Virus record (IMG/VR): IMGVR_UViG_3300025135_000005
Location: 1 to 63,406 of that record
Source of the DNA: a virus
Lineage: Duplodnaviria > Caudoviricetes
DNA: 63,406 nt
Strand: one strand, 5' to 3'
Below are positions 20,601-29,252 of this stretch, in pieces. A model generated the notes under the pieces. The model was not told the origin of the DNA, ran no database searches, and saw only the letters and a list, made by a program, of their open reading frames with translations. A program made the position numbers and the translations under genes. Positions within the stretch are counted from its first letter, which is position 1. The number at the start of each line of letters is the position of its first letter.

Positions 20601-20772
20601 TAAAGTTAAAATGAATGGAGCTTTGTTCAATGTTCCAAACACATCTGGTGGCGGGTATATTATAGACATGAGATTTTGGGATGCTCCTGTAGGTCCGCCA
20701 AATCAAACTTGTGCTGGTGGCAATTCTCATGGTGGAAATGCTTTTAGTATTGCAATTGAAGTTTTTGAATAA
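17626..20772 (+). CDS. Large virion structural protein (Ig/transthyretin-like domain)
   Basis: 1048 aa. GVVFGRL...PLRNVPI...TTTNENGEFIIYDVPVG resembles a carboxypeptidase-regulatory-like fold. Late module. Confidence 0.55.
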   Translation: MNIQQEEILLKEFTSGTTLLFFSTHLTSDSNTLSRDPDIIYTPTILWLDNFNTPVKVSTFDGKNIWTLNSENNYVPIEELSNNHMTGYSYVRDYSHIINDNRLNQIRERFTQQIEESLNTGATITTSEGVIPNPNPPIVPTHIDYVFRQFNEIDDFFVNIKLNRTFGTLDTLNIYNNLVNSMPTQEADTGVVFGRLMARQKIKDEEGNNISIPLRNVPIGIFNSSEDYPSSTSTDSGGNRIYLNNKENSNPSEYFNIQSFSADTNSYLRSVSQFTSVPDQYKYITTTNENGEFIIYDVPVGNRIVIFEVDLFKQGLTKDEIALNFFPFPIDDESNIDTIPSFSFKQFPIDVVKSWGTIQTGYTELDIVVNYDLRKWATFYVPPMGYDNKKLGSQELANFSPTLNVEIRDMSKEDFPIRKLPVVEIQDIYDKEEEQTLLWDAEFAQLKNTAKFFEQGFRAFKVPANMYDPKGYRTDNDGIPRSEPTSQGVWLAGYQFKLYYNQKNSIFRTTGFQRDWGYTNQPGGWIGRDHFHLNRGETSDAPNTSVVNQTYSPYDKPWTALYPDKYKIPAKPIDKNYIRSTMVGRLPATNPRYLEQPEYKDGDLNGLQVTLSSITTADVGGYGIQRSISNNFWFPNRFSKEVTSGFIYKYEAGVARNETYSNGYEPSNGSFPIQPGISRVLNGERYQRVECGYGYWLRPEGWPPVSAEPWGDTIFSQATRNGAGLTGPDFKPGVLAVGQSNGNNIVQVQNIPIDVYNFEDKDIALALDNNATYSEGALSLYRIIDPNKRIERGPEIISTSATFNFQDFYFQRGPNSSKIITAHDTDNNNTDDRYFSKLVGGSPHAQFGYNLLEFEITNLGNITVSIPGTNINLSPGGSAIFTTSQLPLQGASITLAGNSNFDFATSKYTRANYRMKFKNILCRKNNGDPLGGSGTNVPQERIIANTNVTAQATPPNYYLITRYGNVRTQYDKNNDSCKTSGTLETSLDRWVNKVKMNGALFNVPNTSGGGYIIDMRFWDAPVGPPNQTCAGGNSHGGNAFSIAIEVFE

Positions 20773-20774
20773 TT

Positions 20775-22853
20775 ATGGATGATAAGAAAAAAATAGTACT
20801 TGCTACTGAAGATATTTTAGCAAAAAAATTAGAGGACATTTATATTAATGTAAACCTGCAACAAAGATTTAATTTAATCAAAAGAGATAGGTATGACAAT
20901 AATTTTGACCTTGCTGAACAATTCAGGAAAGAAAGAAATGCCTCAAGAAGTTTTAGAATTTATGGTATAATTGATTCTCCCGCTGTAGATTGTGACAACT
21001 TGACCATAAAAGTATTTTCAAATTCAAGTGAATTATTTGGATTTCAAATTCTTACCAATCAAATTTCTACAATAAATTCTCAACCACTTGGTTTTGGGGA
21101 CAAGAATGTATTTGGAAAAAAAAGGGGTAAATATATTATTGAATTAGATAACTATAAAATATCAGACGTAATTTATCTTGAAATTGCGGGAGATGGAGTC
21201 ACCTATTCAAGGACTATAGTTGAACAGAGACTTGTATTTAAAGACGTTGATGGTAATTTTGTAGAATACGGTACAGATACCGTTGATTTTGGAATAGACG
21301 GTGGTTTTGACGTTATACAAAACGACTTTCCATTCTTCTACAACAAACATTGGATTAAAAATAATTTTCAGGTAAATAGAGTTATTAAGAGAAATATTAG
21401 ATTTGAAAAATCTTTTTACTCTTTAGATGAGGGGCAGCAAGGTGTTGTAAGGGTTGGTTTGAGTGAGCCAAGTGTATTTGGAACAGAGAGTGTTACAGTA
21501 AATATATCAACCCCAGTTTCCCCATTGGATGCAGCGACTCTTGGGTTAGATTTTACTGTAGACACATTTCCGTTTTCTTTTCCCATGAATTTAAGTTGGG
21601 GTATTGGCCAGCAATTTAGAGATATAAATATAACGGCTTTAAATGATTCTTTGGTTGAGAAAAGTCCAGAACAGTTTACACTTACCTTAGTTAATCCAAT
21701 TAACGCAACAATAGACCAGGGAATTCCTAATATTGAATCCACCACAGTTTCAATAGTAGACAAAACACCTAAGGGTTATGTTAATTACAATTTCCAGAAA
21801 ATAATTAACAATATCACTCCAGTTACAGACCCAATAATATTTTCAGAAAACCTTGGCCAACTTCCAGGTTATCAAATGAATTTATACGGAGCCAAAGATG
21901 GTGCTGGATTGCCAGGTGATGTTAATAATAATTTCAGATTCTTTCCTAATGATACTTATGAAATATTAGTAACCAACGATGGAGATTCAACGACTCTACC
22001 TATAATTCCAGGAGTAACAACTCAAGAGCAAGGATTTCCAGCAGGAGGCAGCATCACTATTTCTGTTGAGAGTAAGTATTTTAATCACAACTCACTCCCT
22101 AAGGAATCTGCTGTTTTTGATTTTAAAGAAAAAAACACTGCCTTTGGAAGTCCAAGTTATTATAATGATATATTTTACATAAACGGTCTCAGGTTTGACT
22201 CAGGCCCTCTTGTTGCAGATAGTTTTGTTCAAAAAATAACACAAAAATATGCATCAGTTAATATGGTAATTCCATTTAATATAACACAGCAAAATAAAGT
22301 AGTTACACTAACAGCTAAGCATCCCGCATATAATATCAACGGTTTTATACCTAAAGAGAGTGGGCTTGAAAATTATGCGCTTGTAGATTCTGTAGAAATC
22401 CCACAATATCCAAATGGAAGAGTTTCAAGTATAACTGAACAAATTCCTTTTAACTTAAAGTTGTATGCTAATTTTAATGGTTACACATCTTGTAGGTACA
22501 GTTTTTCAATTAAAAAACAAGGATTTAAAGATGTGTTCGTACCATCTACAGACATAATTTCTTCAAGCGTTGGGGTTGACGCATATTTAGTAACCCCTAT
22601 AAGAGATGTTTCTGGTCCAAGTTTACCTCCAGGAGATGCAAATGTTTGTGACCCACTAACAAATGCTCTTGATGTTGATGGATATTATTTGAATGGAGTT
22701 GCCCTTCTTGCCTCTGAATTACTTAATTCTCAAGAGGTAACAGCCACAAATACCCACTCATCTGGTTATTTACCATCTTTTAGACCAAACCCTCTTACAA
22801 GCGACCTAATCACTTGTAATAATTTGATAGGAATATCTAAAGTTTTATCTTAA
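20775..22853 (+). CDS. Virion structural protein with Calx-beta domain
   Basis: IRFEKSFYSLDEG...V.LSEPS...ATLGLDF...LNDSLVE..EQFTLTLVNP is the Calx-beta pattern. Confidence 0.65.
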   Translation: MDDKKKIVLATEDILAKKLEDIYINVNLQQRFNLIKRDRYDNNFDLAEQFRKERNASRSFRIYGIIDSPAVDCDNLTIKVFSNSSELFGFQILTNQISTINSQPLGFGDKNVFGKKRGKYIIELDNYKISDVIYLEIAGDGVTYSRTIVEQRLVFKDVDGNFVEYGTDTVDFGIDGGFDVIQNDFPFFYNKHWIKNNFQVNRVIKRNIRFEKSFYSLDEGQQGVVRVGLSEPSVFGTESVTVNISTPVSPLDAATLGLDFTVDTFPFSFPMNLSWGIGQQFRDINITALNDSLVEKSPEQFTLTLVNPINATIDQGIPNIESTTVSIVDKTPKGYVNYNFQKIINNITPVTDPIIFSENLGQLPGYQMNLYGAKDGAGLPGDVNNNFRFFPNDTYEILVTNDGDSTTLPIIPGVTTQEQGFPAGGSITISVESKYFNHNSLPKESAVFDFKEKNTAFGSPSYYNDIFYINGLRFDSGPLVADSFVQKITQKYASVNMVIPFNITQQNKVVTLTAKHPAYNINGFIPKESGLENYALVDSVEIPQYPNGRVSSITEQIPFNLKLYANFNGYTSCRYSFSIKKQGFKDVFVPSTDIISSSVGVDAYLVTPIRDVSGPSLPPGDANVCDPLTNALDVDGYYLNGVALLASELLNSQEVTATNTHSSGYLPSFRPNPLTSDLITCNNLIGISKVLS

Positions 22854-22868
22854 TGCTATTTATAGTTA

Positions 22869-23381
22869 ATGAATGAAATAAATTACATACAGCAATATAA
22901 AATCTATGTAGATTCAGTAGAGGTGGCTCCTGATTGTTGGGAGTTTTTACATAAAGACAAAAATTACTACGGATTTCCAGAGTTTGATTTTTTCCTCCCA
23001 GTATTTCTTACGAGGACAAATGAGATATTCGAATACGTTCAAATAAATAGAGAAGAAGAGATAGAGTCAATAGTGAGACAGGAGGTAAATCCATTTTTTA
23101 TAGAACTCTCATTCTTTAATGGTATTACACAAAATAAGGTTAGATACGGTAGTGATTTGACAAATGATATGATTGACTACATTAGAAGTGTGAGAGTTGA
23201 TATTGCTGAGCTAAGTAATTCTGAGGTTATTTTCTGGTTTGACCAAATAGGCATCAATGAATTTCCATGGAACAAAGGGACTTTATCTGAGGTAACTCTT
23301 GATGATATTGATAAGGTCAATATCGTTCCTAATCATATTATTTCTAAGGCAAACTATTTTAACATAGATATAAACAAATAA
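22869..23381 (+). CDS. Hypothetical (probable virion) protein
   Basis: 170 aa. TATTTATA at 22857-22864. Confidence 0.55.
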   Translation: MNEINYIQQYKIYVDSVEVAPDCWEFLHKDKNYYGFPEFDFFLPVFLTRTNEIFEYVQINREEEIESIVRQEVNPFFIELSFFNGITQNKVRYGSDLTNDMIDYIRSVRVDIAELSNSEVIFWFDQIGINEFPWNKGTLSEVTLDDIDKVNIVPNHIISKANYFNIDINK

Positions 23382-24094
23382 TGATTCAAAGACATAAAAT
23401 ATTAATAACACTTACTGGGGAGACATCTCCTGTGAACTCTAATTTACAAAATGTGAATGGATATGTGGTAAATAATATTCAAGGGCTTGGCGGTGGTATT
23501 GTTAATTATTCTAATGTTAGAAATTTCCTAAATAATCAATCTAATTTAGTAATAATTAATGATTTTTTCTCATATCTAACAGGTTCAACAACAACAATTG
23601 AATTTGCCGAGATTTACAATAGTGACCAAAAATTATCAGATGTATTCAATAGCTACTACAACTCAAGTGTTTTAAATGCTCAATTTCCTCCAGTTGAAGT
23701 TATAGAAAATAGTCTTACTGGAACCACTGGAACCACTGTTATTGAAAACTCCACGTTTCAATATAATGGAGTGGCCCCTCAAAAAGGTCTTCAGAGTATT
23801 CCATTGAGTATAGATAATTCAACAAGAATTTTGAAAGTTTTTTCAGCACTTACCACGTTTACATATGAACCAAGTTATTACATTCCTGTTTTTGTTAAGA
23901 GAAATTTTAGCCAATTAGATAGGGAGAGTATTTATTTTGAAAATATAATAGAAGTGTTAAATGATTTCATTCCAAATACAGGTGGAGGAGGCAAAGAGAT
24001 TGGCGATGTAATAAGAGACAATAGTTATGACACAAAAATTATAAATACTGAATTTTCAGGTCTAACAGGACTTGAAGAATTAAAGCCTGACTAA
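23381..24094 (+). CDS. Hypothetical (probable virion) protein
   Basis: 237 aa, Asn/Thr-rich, with six [ST][GA]xT motifs. Confidence 0.55.
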   Translation: MIQRHKILITLTGETSPVNSNLQNVNGYVVNNIQGLGGGIVNYSNVRNFLNNQSNLVIINDFFSYLTGSTTTIEFAEIYNSDQKLSDVFNSYYNSSVLNAQFPPVEVIENSLTGTTGTTVIENSTFQYNGVAPQKGLQSIPLSIDNSTRILKVFSALTTFTYEPSYYIPVFVKRNFSQLDRESIYFENIIEVLNDFIPNTGGGGKEIGDVIRDNSYDTKIINTEFSGLTGLEELKPD

Positions 24095-24109
24095 TTAACT
24101 AAGAACATA

Positions 24110-24940
24110 ATGGCAAGAATACACACAATATTACAGGGATTCGTAGACATTAATCTTGAGACAGATGAGAATGTTAATACTAAAATAATTCCAACAAATC
24201 AACTTCAACAGGCTATTGGAGCACTTAATTTGAATTCTGGTTTTGTAGTCCTCAGAAAATCTTTATCTGTACCAGATAGAGTAGAGCTGCCAGTTCCTGC
24301 TGAAGTTTTGTTTGAAGCAATAGGGATAAACATCTCATCAGTACAATCCGCTCACATACAAGGCTCAAGACTTTATGGGGTTGATAATTTTGATTCTGAT
24401 TGGGATTTGGCAGTAATATCAACTGATGTTGTGGGGCACAGGTTTTTAGAAGCAAGTATAGATGGAAATGAATTTGATGTACATTTGTATTCTAAACAAG
24501 AATTTCAAAATAGATTAAATAATCATGAAATGCGTGAACTTGAGTTTTTAAGTCACCCAGAAAAGTTTTTTATCATTAACAACAAGAGTTTTTCAGTTGA
24601 ATTAGATAGTGATAAACTTGTGAACAAGGTTAAGCTTGAATCGGATGAGCTTTGGAATAGAGCAAAGTTTATATTAGATTCAGATGGAATTCAATATGTA
24701 GCACTAAAAAATATTTGGCATTCATTTAGGTTTTTAATTTTTGCAGAACAAATCCTTAAAGATGGTAAAATAACAGATTTTTCTGCGGCAAACTATCTTT
24801 ATGAATCAATAATAAATTCTAAACAAAGTAATTTTGAATTTTTTGAATTAAACTTCTCCACGCTAAGAGATACTTTAAAGCTAAACTTAGATACCTACAA
24901 AAAAGATGGTGGTCTTGAATTTATAGACCTCACCGTTTAA
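24110..24940 (+). CDS. Pol-beta-superfamily nucleotidyltransferase (RlaP/MNT-like) with N-terminal extension
   Basis: GSRLYG....DSDWDLAVI (GS-x-DxD), third Asp in EFDVHLY, and helical C-terminus KNIWHSFRFL. Confidence 0.75.
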   Translation: MARIHTILQGFVDINLETDENVNTKIIPTNQLQQAIGALNLNSGFVVLRKSLSVPDRVELPVPAEVLFEAIGINISSVQSAHIQGSRLYGVDNFDSDWDLAVISTDVVGHRFLEASIDGNEFDVHLYSKQEFQNRLNNHEMRELEFLSHPEKFFIINNKSFSVELDSDKLVNKVKLESDELWNRAKFILDSDGIQYVALKNIWHSFRFLIFAEQILKDGKITDFSAANYLYESIINSKQSNFEFFELNFSTLRDTLKLNLDTYKKDGGLEFIDLTV

Positions 24941-24962
24941 GGGTTTATTTTTTTTTATGAAT

Positions 24963-24970
24963 TATTTATA
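24963..24970 (+). promoter_or_regulatory. Putative late promoter TATTTATA
   Basis: 16 nt before ATG 24987. Confidence 0.65.
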
Positions 24971-24986
24971 TTAAACTAAAAGAATT

Positions 24987-25862
24987 ATGGCAGTAGGTAC
25001 TTATGGAACTGTGAAATTGGCAGATGTTGACTTTAATGATGTCGATGTGCTTTACGCCTATTCACCAAACAGGGAGTCTCTTGGAGATACACAATTCCTA
25101 CCACTATTTAATAGTGTCACCAATAATGAGTTTAGAAAAATGATTGGAGGTGATGGTGGATATAAACTAAGACTTCCAGCTTCTATTTTCAACAGACTTG
25201 GATTCTACATGATTCTTATCAGGCCTAAGACATTTCAAACAGAAATTATTGATTGTTCTTTCGTAATTACCAATAATGACCAAGAAATTCAAATCTCTAA
25301 AAAGGGAATTGTAATTCCAAAACTTCAATTTCAAAGTACAGGTTCTCTAATTGGATACCAGCTTGAGTATTTTGATGACAATGGAAACAAGATAAAGAAC
25401 TTTCATAGGATTATAACCAGTAGTGACCTTGTTAGTGTTAATCCAAATAACAACACTACAAACGCAAGTTCCACAACTTATGTTATCGACCCAAGTGGAA
25501 ATCAATTATTCATCACTCTTACTCCAGATGAGGCAAGTTTAATTACAAATGAAGTTTCAGTTGACCTTGGTAAATCTGGCCAAAAAATACTTCTTTCAAA
25601 TACCTTCTTTGACCCAGTTATGATTGAAGTTGAAATGGTAGACCAAAATATTAAAACCTTGTCATATGCTCTTTACGGTCAATCTACAAGAGACCTTGAG
25701 ACAGGCGTTTACTCTATCTTTGACGAGAGTGGAAATCTTTATAAGCAATACACCCTTCTCACACGTAAGAAGGAGTTTAGCAATGGAAATATTGATATTA
25801 AACAGGAGAGAACCCAGATTGATAGAGCACAAACATTCTTCAACCTTTCTCAGGGAGGTTAA
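24987..25862 (+). CDS. Putative virion structural protein
   Basis: 291 aa, MAVGTYG N-terminus, beta-rich, has its own late-promoter motif. Confidence 0.55.
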   Translation: MAVGTYGTVKLADVDFNDVDVLYAYSPNRESLGDTQFLPLFNSVTNNEFRKMIGGDGGYKLRLPASIFNRLGFYMILIRPKTFQTEIIDCSFVITNNDQEIQISKKGIVIPKLQFQSTGSLIGYQLEYFDDNGNKIKNFHRIITSSDLVSVNPNNNTTNASSTTYVIDPSGNQLFITLTPDEASLITNEVSVDLGKSGQKILLSNTFFDPVMIEVEMVDQNIKTLSYALYGQSTRDLETGVYSIFDESGNLYKQYTLLTRKKEFSNGNIDIKQERTQIDRAQTFFNLSQGG

Positions 25863-26068
25863 GGATTGTATTCTAAGTTTAGAACATATATCTCAGTGTG
25901 ACACTCAGCTTCTGTTGCTGCCAGAAAAATATTATGCATTGATTGAGTAATCCCAGATTGTTCGGCAAGTGAAATAACTTTGGTCCCATCGTGAATAAGC
26001 CTCCAAGATGTCTCATAATCAGTTTTATTAATAGTGATTCCGCTAAGGTTGTATTGAGTCACTTCCAT
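25859..26068 (-). CDS. Small protein, last gene of the minus-strand fibre operon
   Basis: 69 aa, starting 2 nt after the LRR gene stop. Confidence 0.55.
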   Translation of the reverse strand: MEVTQYNLSGITINKTDYETSWRLIHDGTKVISLAEQSGITQSMHNIFLAATEAECHTEIYVLNLEYNP

Positions 26069-26070
26069 AA

Positions 26071-27426
26071 TTAGTTAGTTGATAAAGACCAGCCTTTTGT
26101 TAATAAATTTGCAGTGGCACCAGTACCATCGTATCCACCAGAAAATCCATCTGGAGCACCGTTTGTTCCTCCCTGTATCCAAAATGTACCTCCAGTCCAG
26201 CCCATGTTATCAAGGTCGTACAACATTTGATTAACGCCAGCTGTTGGTATAAAATTAGAATTAGCCCTAATATCTATGTTATTATGGGTAATTCCAGATA
26301 TAGTTGTAAGATTTACATATGTTGATAACTTGCAGTCATCAAAATATATTTTACTAAACACACCAGATACAACTGTTGGAAAAATTATAGAGTTTAAATC
26401 TTGGCAACTTGACAGGAAAAGATTGCCACTCATACCACTCAGGGGAGAAAAGTCTACTGAAGAAAAACCTAAGTTAGAGGACATCCCCATTGAGCTAATT
26501 ATATTTGATACAGACGGAAAAGTCAAGCCAGTTAAATTTGCGTGATTTTGTATTATAACACTTCCACCAAGTCCAGAAAGTGGTGTTAAATCATAACCAT
26601 AAACAAGATTATTAAGTCCAAGATTAATAGATGACAAGCTATTTGAACTTGGCGGAAAAACTATAGAACTTAAATTAGGGTTATTATCTATTTGAATGGT
26701 TCCACCAAATCCTCCCAGACCACTAATATCAAGCTCTCCTACAATTCCAGTAGAGCTGGCGTTAAAAAATATTATGTTTGTTGAGTTGGACGGAAATGTT
26801 AATCCTGTTAAATTTGGATTAAAACCGAAACCTAAAAAACCTCCGAATCCGCCAGTATAACCAGAAAAATCTAACCTTCCGCTTATATTACAACTATTAA
26901 CTCTAAAATCTGTAAATGATTTTGTGCTTGCCGAAGGTATTGTGAGGCCTGTTAGGTTTGGGTTGTTTGAGAGAAAAACAGTTCCCTGTATATTTGGCAT
27001 TGTCGTTAGGTCAATCGCTCCATTGATGTTACATAAGAAAAAGTTCAAGCTATTTACATTCGCTGTTGTTGTTGGAAAAGTAACCCCAGTTAATCCAGGG
27101 TTTAAGCTAAATTGAAAATTTGAACAATTTACCATTTTAGATAAATCTATATCCCCTACAATACTGTTATCTGGGAATTGCAGCAAGGTTATGTTAGATA
27201 GTCTATCAATTGAGAGTTTAACAGTTTTACTTGAGCCACTATCAGAATATGTGTGTGAAAGTGAAGTGCCAGCTTCGGCAAACCCATCACCATAGTCAAT
27301 TCTCGGAATCTTTCCACTAAAGGCAGAAACGTTAGAGTCAAAGGTGGTTCCGCTATCTAATTGGGTGGTAAGCGTAAAAACATCACCCTGATTGTTGTTG
27401 ATGTTAAAAAATGCTGAATTACTCAT
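26071..27426 (-). CDS. Leucine-rich-repeat-like protein with PKD-like N-terminus (putative receptor-binding/fibre accessory)
   Basis: IDYGDG....SHTY (PKD-like), then approximately 48-aa repeats (DLSxx...NPNLTGLTFP). Confidence 0.65.
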   Translation of the reverse strand: MSNSAFFNINNNQGDVFTLTTQLDSGTTFDSNVSAFSGKIPRIDYGDGFAEAGTSLSHTYSDSGSSKTVKLSIDRLSNITLLQFPDNSIVGDIDLSKMVNCSNFQFSLNPGLTGVTFPTTTANVNSLNFFLCNINGAIDLTTMPNIQGTVFLSNNPNLTGLTIPSASTKSFTDFRVNSCNISGRLDFSGYTGGFGGFLGFGFNPNLTGLTFPSNSTNIIFFNASSTGIVGELDISGLGGFGGTIQIDNNPNLSSIVFPPSSNSLSSINLGLNNLVYGYDLTPLSGLGGSVIIQNHANLTGLTFPSVSNIISSMGMSSNLGFSSVDFSPLSGMSGNLFLSSCQDLNSIIFPTVVSGVFSKIYFDDCKLSTYVNLTTISGITHNNIDIRANSNFIPTAGVNQMLYDLDNMGWTGGTFWIQGGTNGAPDGFSGGYDGTGATANLLTKGWSLSTN

Positions 27427-27437
27427 GTCAACAATTA

Positions 27438-29222
27438 TTAGCTATAGTTATATCCTGAACTCCAATTGAATTCAGAGCCATCATAGAAGAATGTAATAAT
27501 GTCAATGGCTCCAGGATTAGAAGTAAGTGTTATTGAACCACCACCCCCATTTGCAACCTTGTGTGTACCAGTCCCCAGTGTCAAAACACGAGAGCCTACA
27601 CCATCTTGTTGTATTCTAAGGGTTCCGAAATCTCCACTTGACACATTGAGAACATTTAAAGTAACATTGCCACTTAATATTACCTTTGCTGTTTTAGATT
27701 GATTTACTACATCCCAACCTAAAGTTGTAGCAGTAGTTCCATAGTCAAATGTTGGGGCTGGCGAGCTTCCAGTTCCAAATATACTATAAAGGTCAGTTCC
27801 TGCAGAGTATATGACTCCTCCGTTCTCAGCAAGTCGAGCATTCATGGTCATGAATGTATTATTGAACGAGTTTGTCATCCCTGAGCCACCAGCTATTGCT
27901 GATAGGTTTCCTGAAACTGTATTTCCCGTTCCAGCAAGGACAGATGAAAAGTCTCCTGATGCAATATTTAAGATTCCACCACCAACAAAAGAACGATTTC
28001 CTGATGCTAAATTACCTCTGCCTCCAACAACTGATGAATATGCCCCCGATGCTGAGTTTGAGCCACCACCACCAATAAATGAGTGTTGTCCTGATGCTAT
28101 ATTTACTTGTCCTCCAACAACTACTGAATATTGTGCTGTTGCTGAGTTTAAAAAACCACCACCAATAAATGAACGAACTCCAGATGCCGAGTTTTGTTGA
28201 CCACCACCAACAAGCGAAGCGGTTCCTGATGCTAAATTATTAAAACCACCAGTGACCGTTGAATATGTTGTTGTTGCTGAGTTTTGTCGTCCACCACCAA
28301 CAAATGAACGAAGTCCTGGTGCTATATTTGTTTGCCCTCCAACAATAGATGAGTATTGTGCTGATGCTGAGTTTTGTCGTCCACCAACAACTATTGAATA
28401 TTGTGCTGATGCTGAGTTTTCACGACCACCACCAACAGATGAACGAGCTCCAGATGCTGAGTTTTGATAGCCACCAACAACTGATGAAAAATTACCTGAC
28501 GCATTATTTGAGCCACCACCACCAATAAATGAGTTTTCTCCAATTGCTGAGTTTTGTAAACCACTACCAACAAATGAAAAATTACCTGATGATAAATTTT
28601 GTCGTCCACCAACGGCTGTTGAGTAAAATGTTGTCGCTGAGTTTTGTCGTCCACCACCAGCAAATGAAAAATATCCAGATGAAGTGTTTAATAAACCGCC
28701 AACTACAACACCATAAGGTTGAATTGACTTATTATAGGCACCACCACCAATAAATGAGTGAGTACCAATTTCCCAGTTTTCCCTACCACCAACAACTGAT
28801 GAATAGGTTGTTGTTGCTGAGTTTGAGTAACCTGCTCCAACAAAAGTTCCATCTCCTAATGAGCGATTTTTGTAACCTGCTCCAACAAAAGAATATGAGC
28901 CGTTTGCTCGACTATTTCTACCACCAACAAAAGAATAGTCTCCACTCGCCAAGTTACCAGACCCATTATTTGCAATAATAGAGTTTGCTCCAGTTGAGCC
29001 GCTCCAGAGGTCACCAGATGTTGGATAACTTGAGCTCGCCAAGAAAATATCATAAAGATTAGTTCCTCCAGAGAATAACACACCACCACCTGTACCACCT
29101 GAAAAGTTGGCACCAGATTCCAAAATAATGTTATTGAACTCGGCAGTTCCACTAAATTGGTCGTTTATTGAATTCCTTCCAATTCCAAACGTTACTCCAG
29201 TAGGTATTAATTCTCCAGTCAT
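27438..29222 (-). CDS. Tail fibre/adhesin with 15-residue Gly-rich beta-roll repeats
   Basis: More than 20 tandem ASGxxSxVGGGxxN units, then a C-terminal domain QQDGVGSR.L...TSNPGAIDII.F.YDG typical of fibre tips. Confidence 0.75.
   Translation of the reverse strand: MTGELIPTGVTFGIGRNSINDQFSGTAEFNNIILESGANFSGGTGGGVLFSGGTNLYDIFLASSSYPTSGDLWSGSTGANSIIANNGSGNLASGDYSFVGGRNSRANGSYSFVGAGYKNRSLGDGTFVGAGYSNSATTTYSSVVGGRENWEIGTHSFIGGGAYNKSIQPYGVVVGGLLNTSSGYFSFAGGGRQNSATTFYSTAVGGRQNLSSGNFSFVGSGLQNSAIGENSFIGGGGSNNASGNFSSVVGGYQNSASGARSSVGGGRENSASAQYSIVVGGRQNSASAQYSSIVGGQTNIAPGLRSFVGGGRQNSATTTYSTVTGGFNNLASGTASLVGGGQQNSASGVRSFIGGGFLNSATAQYSVVVGGQVNIASGQHSFIGGGGSNSASGAYSSVVGGRGNLASGNRSFVGGGILNIASGDFSSVLAGTGNTVSGNLSAIAGGSGMTNSFNNTFMTMNARLAENGGVIYSAGTDLYSIFGTGSSPAPTFDYGTTATTLGWDVVNQSKTAKVILSGNVTLNVLNVSSGDFGTLRIQQDGVGSRVLTLGTGTHKVANGGGGSITLTSNPGAIDIITFFYDGSEFNWSSGYNYS
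27890..28955 (-). repeat. 45-bp-period tandem coding repeats
   Basis: Recurrent plus-strand units such as gctgagttttgtcgtccaccaccaacaaatgaa at 45-nt spacing. Confidence 0.85.
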
Positions 29223-29238
29223 TTTACTCTAATTTTAT

Positions 29239-29246
29239 TATAAATA
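29239..29246 (-). promoter_or_regulatory. Putative late promoter TATTTATA
   Basis: TATAAATA on the plus strand, 16 nt upstream of the minus-strand ATG at 29222. Confidence 0.65.
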
Positions 29247-29252
29247 GTTTGT

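Noticed and set aside
27890-28955. Regularly spaced repeats as a possible CRISPR array
   Set aside because: The period is 45 nt (15 codons), the units are degenerate at third codon positions, and they lie in frame in a fibre gene. There are no unique spacers.
26071-29222. Diversity-generating retroelement target/template pair
   Set aside because: No reverse transcriptase in the window, and no repeat pair differing only at adenines was seen.
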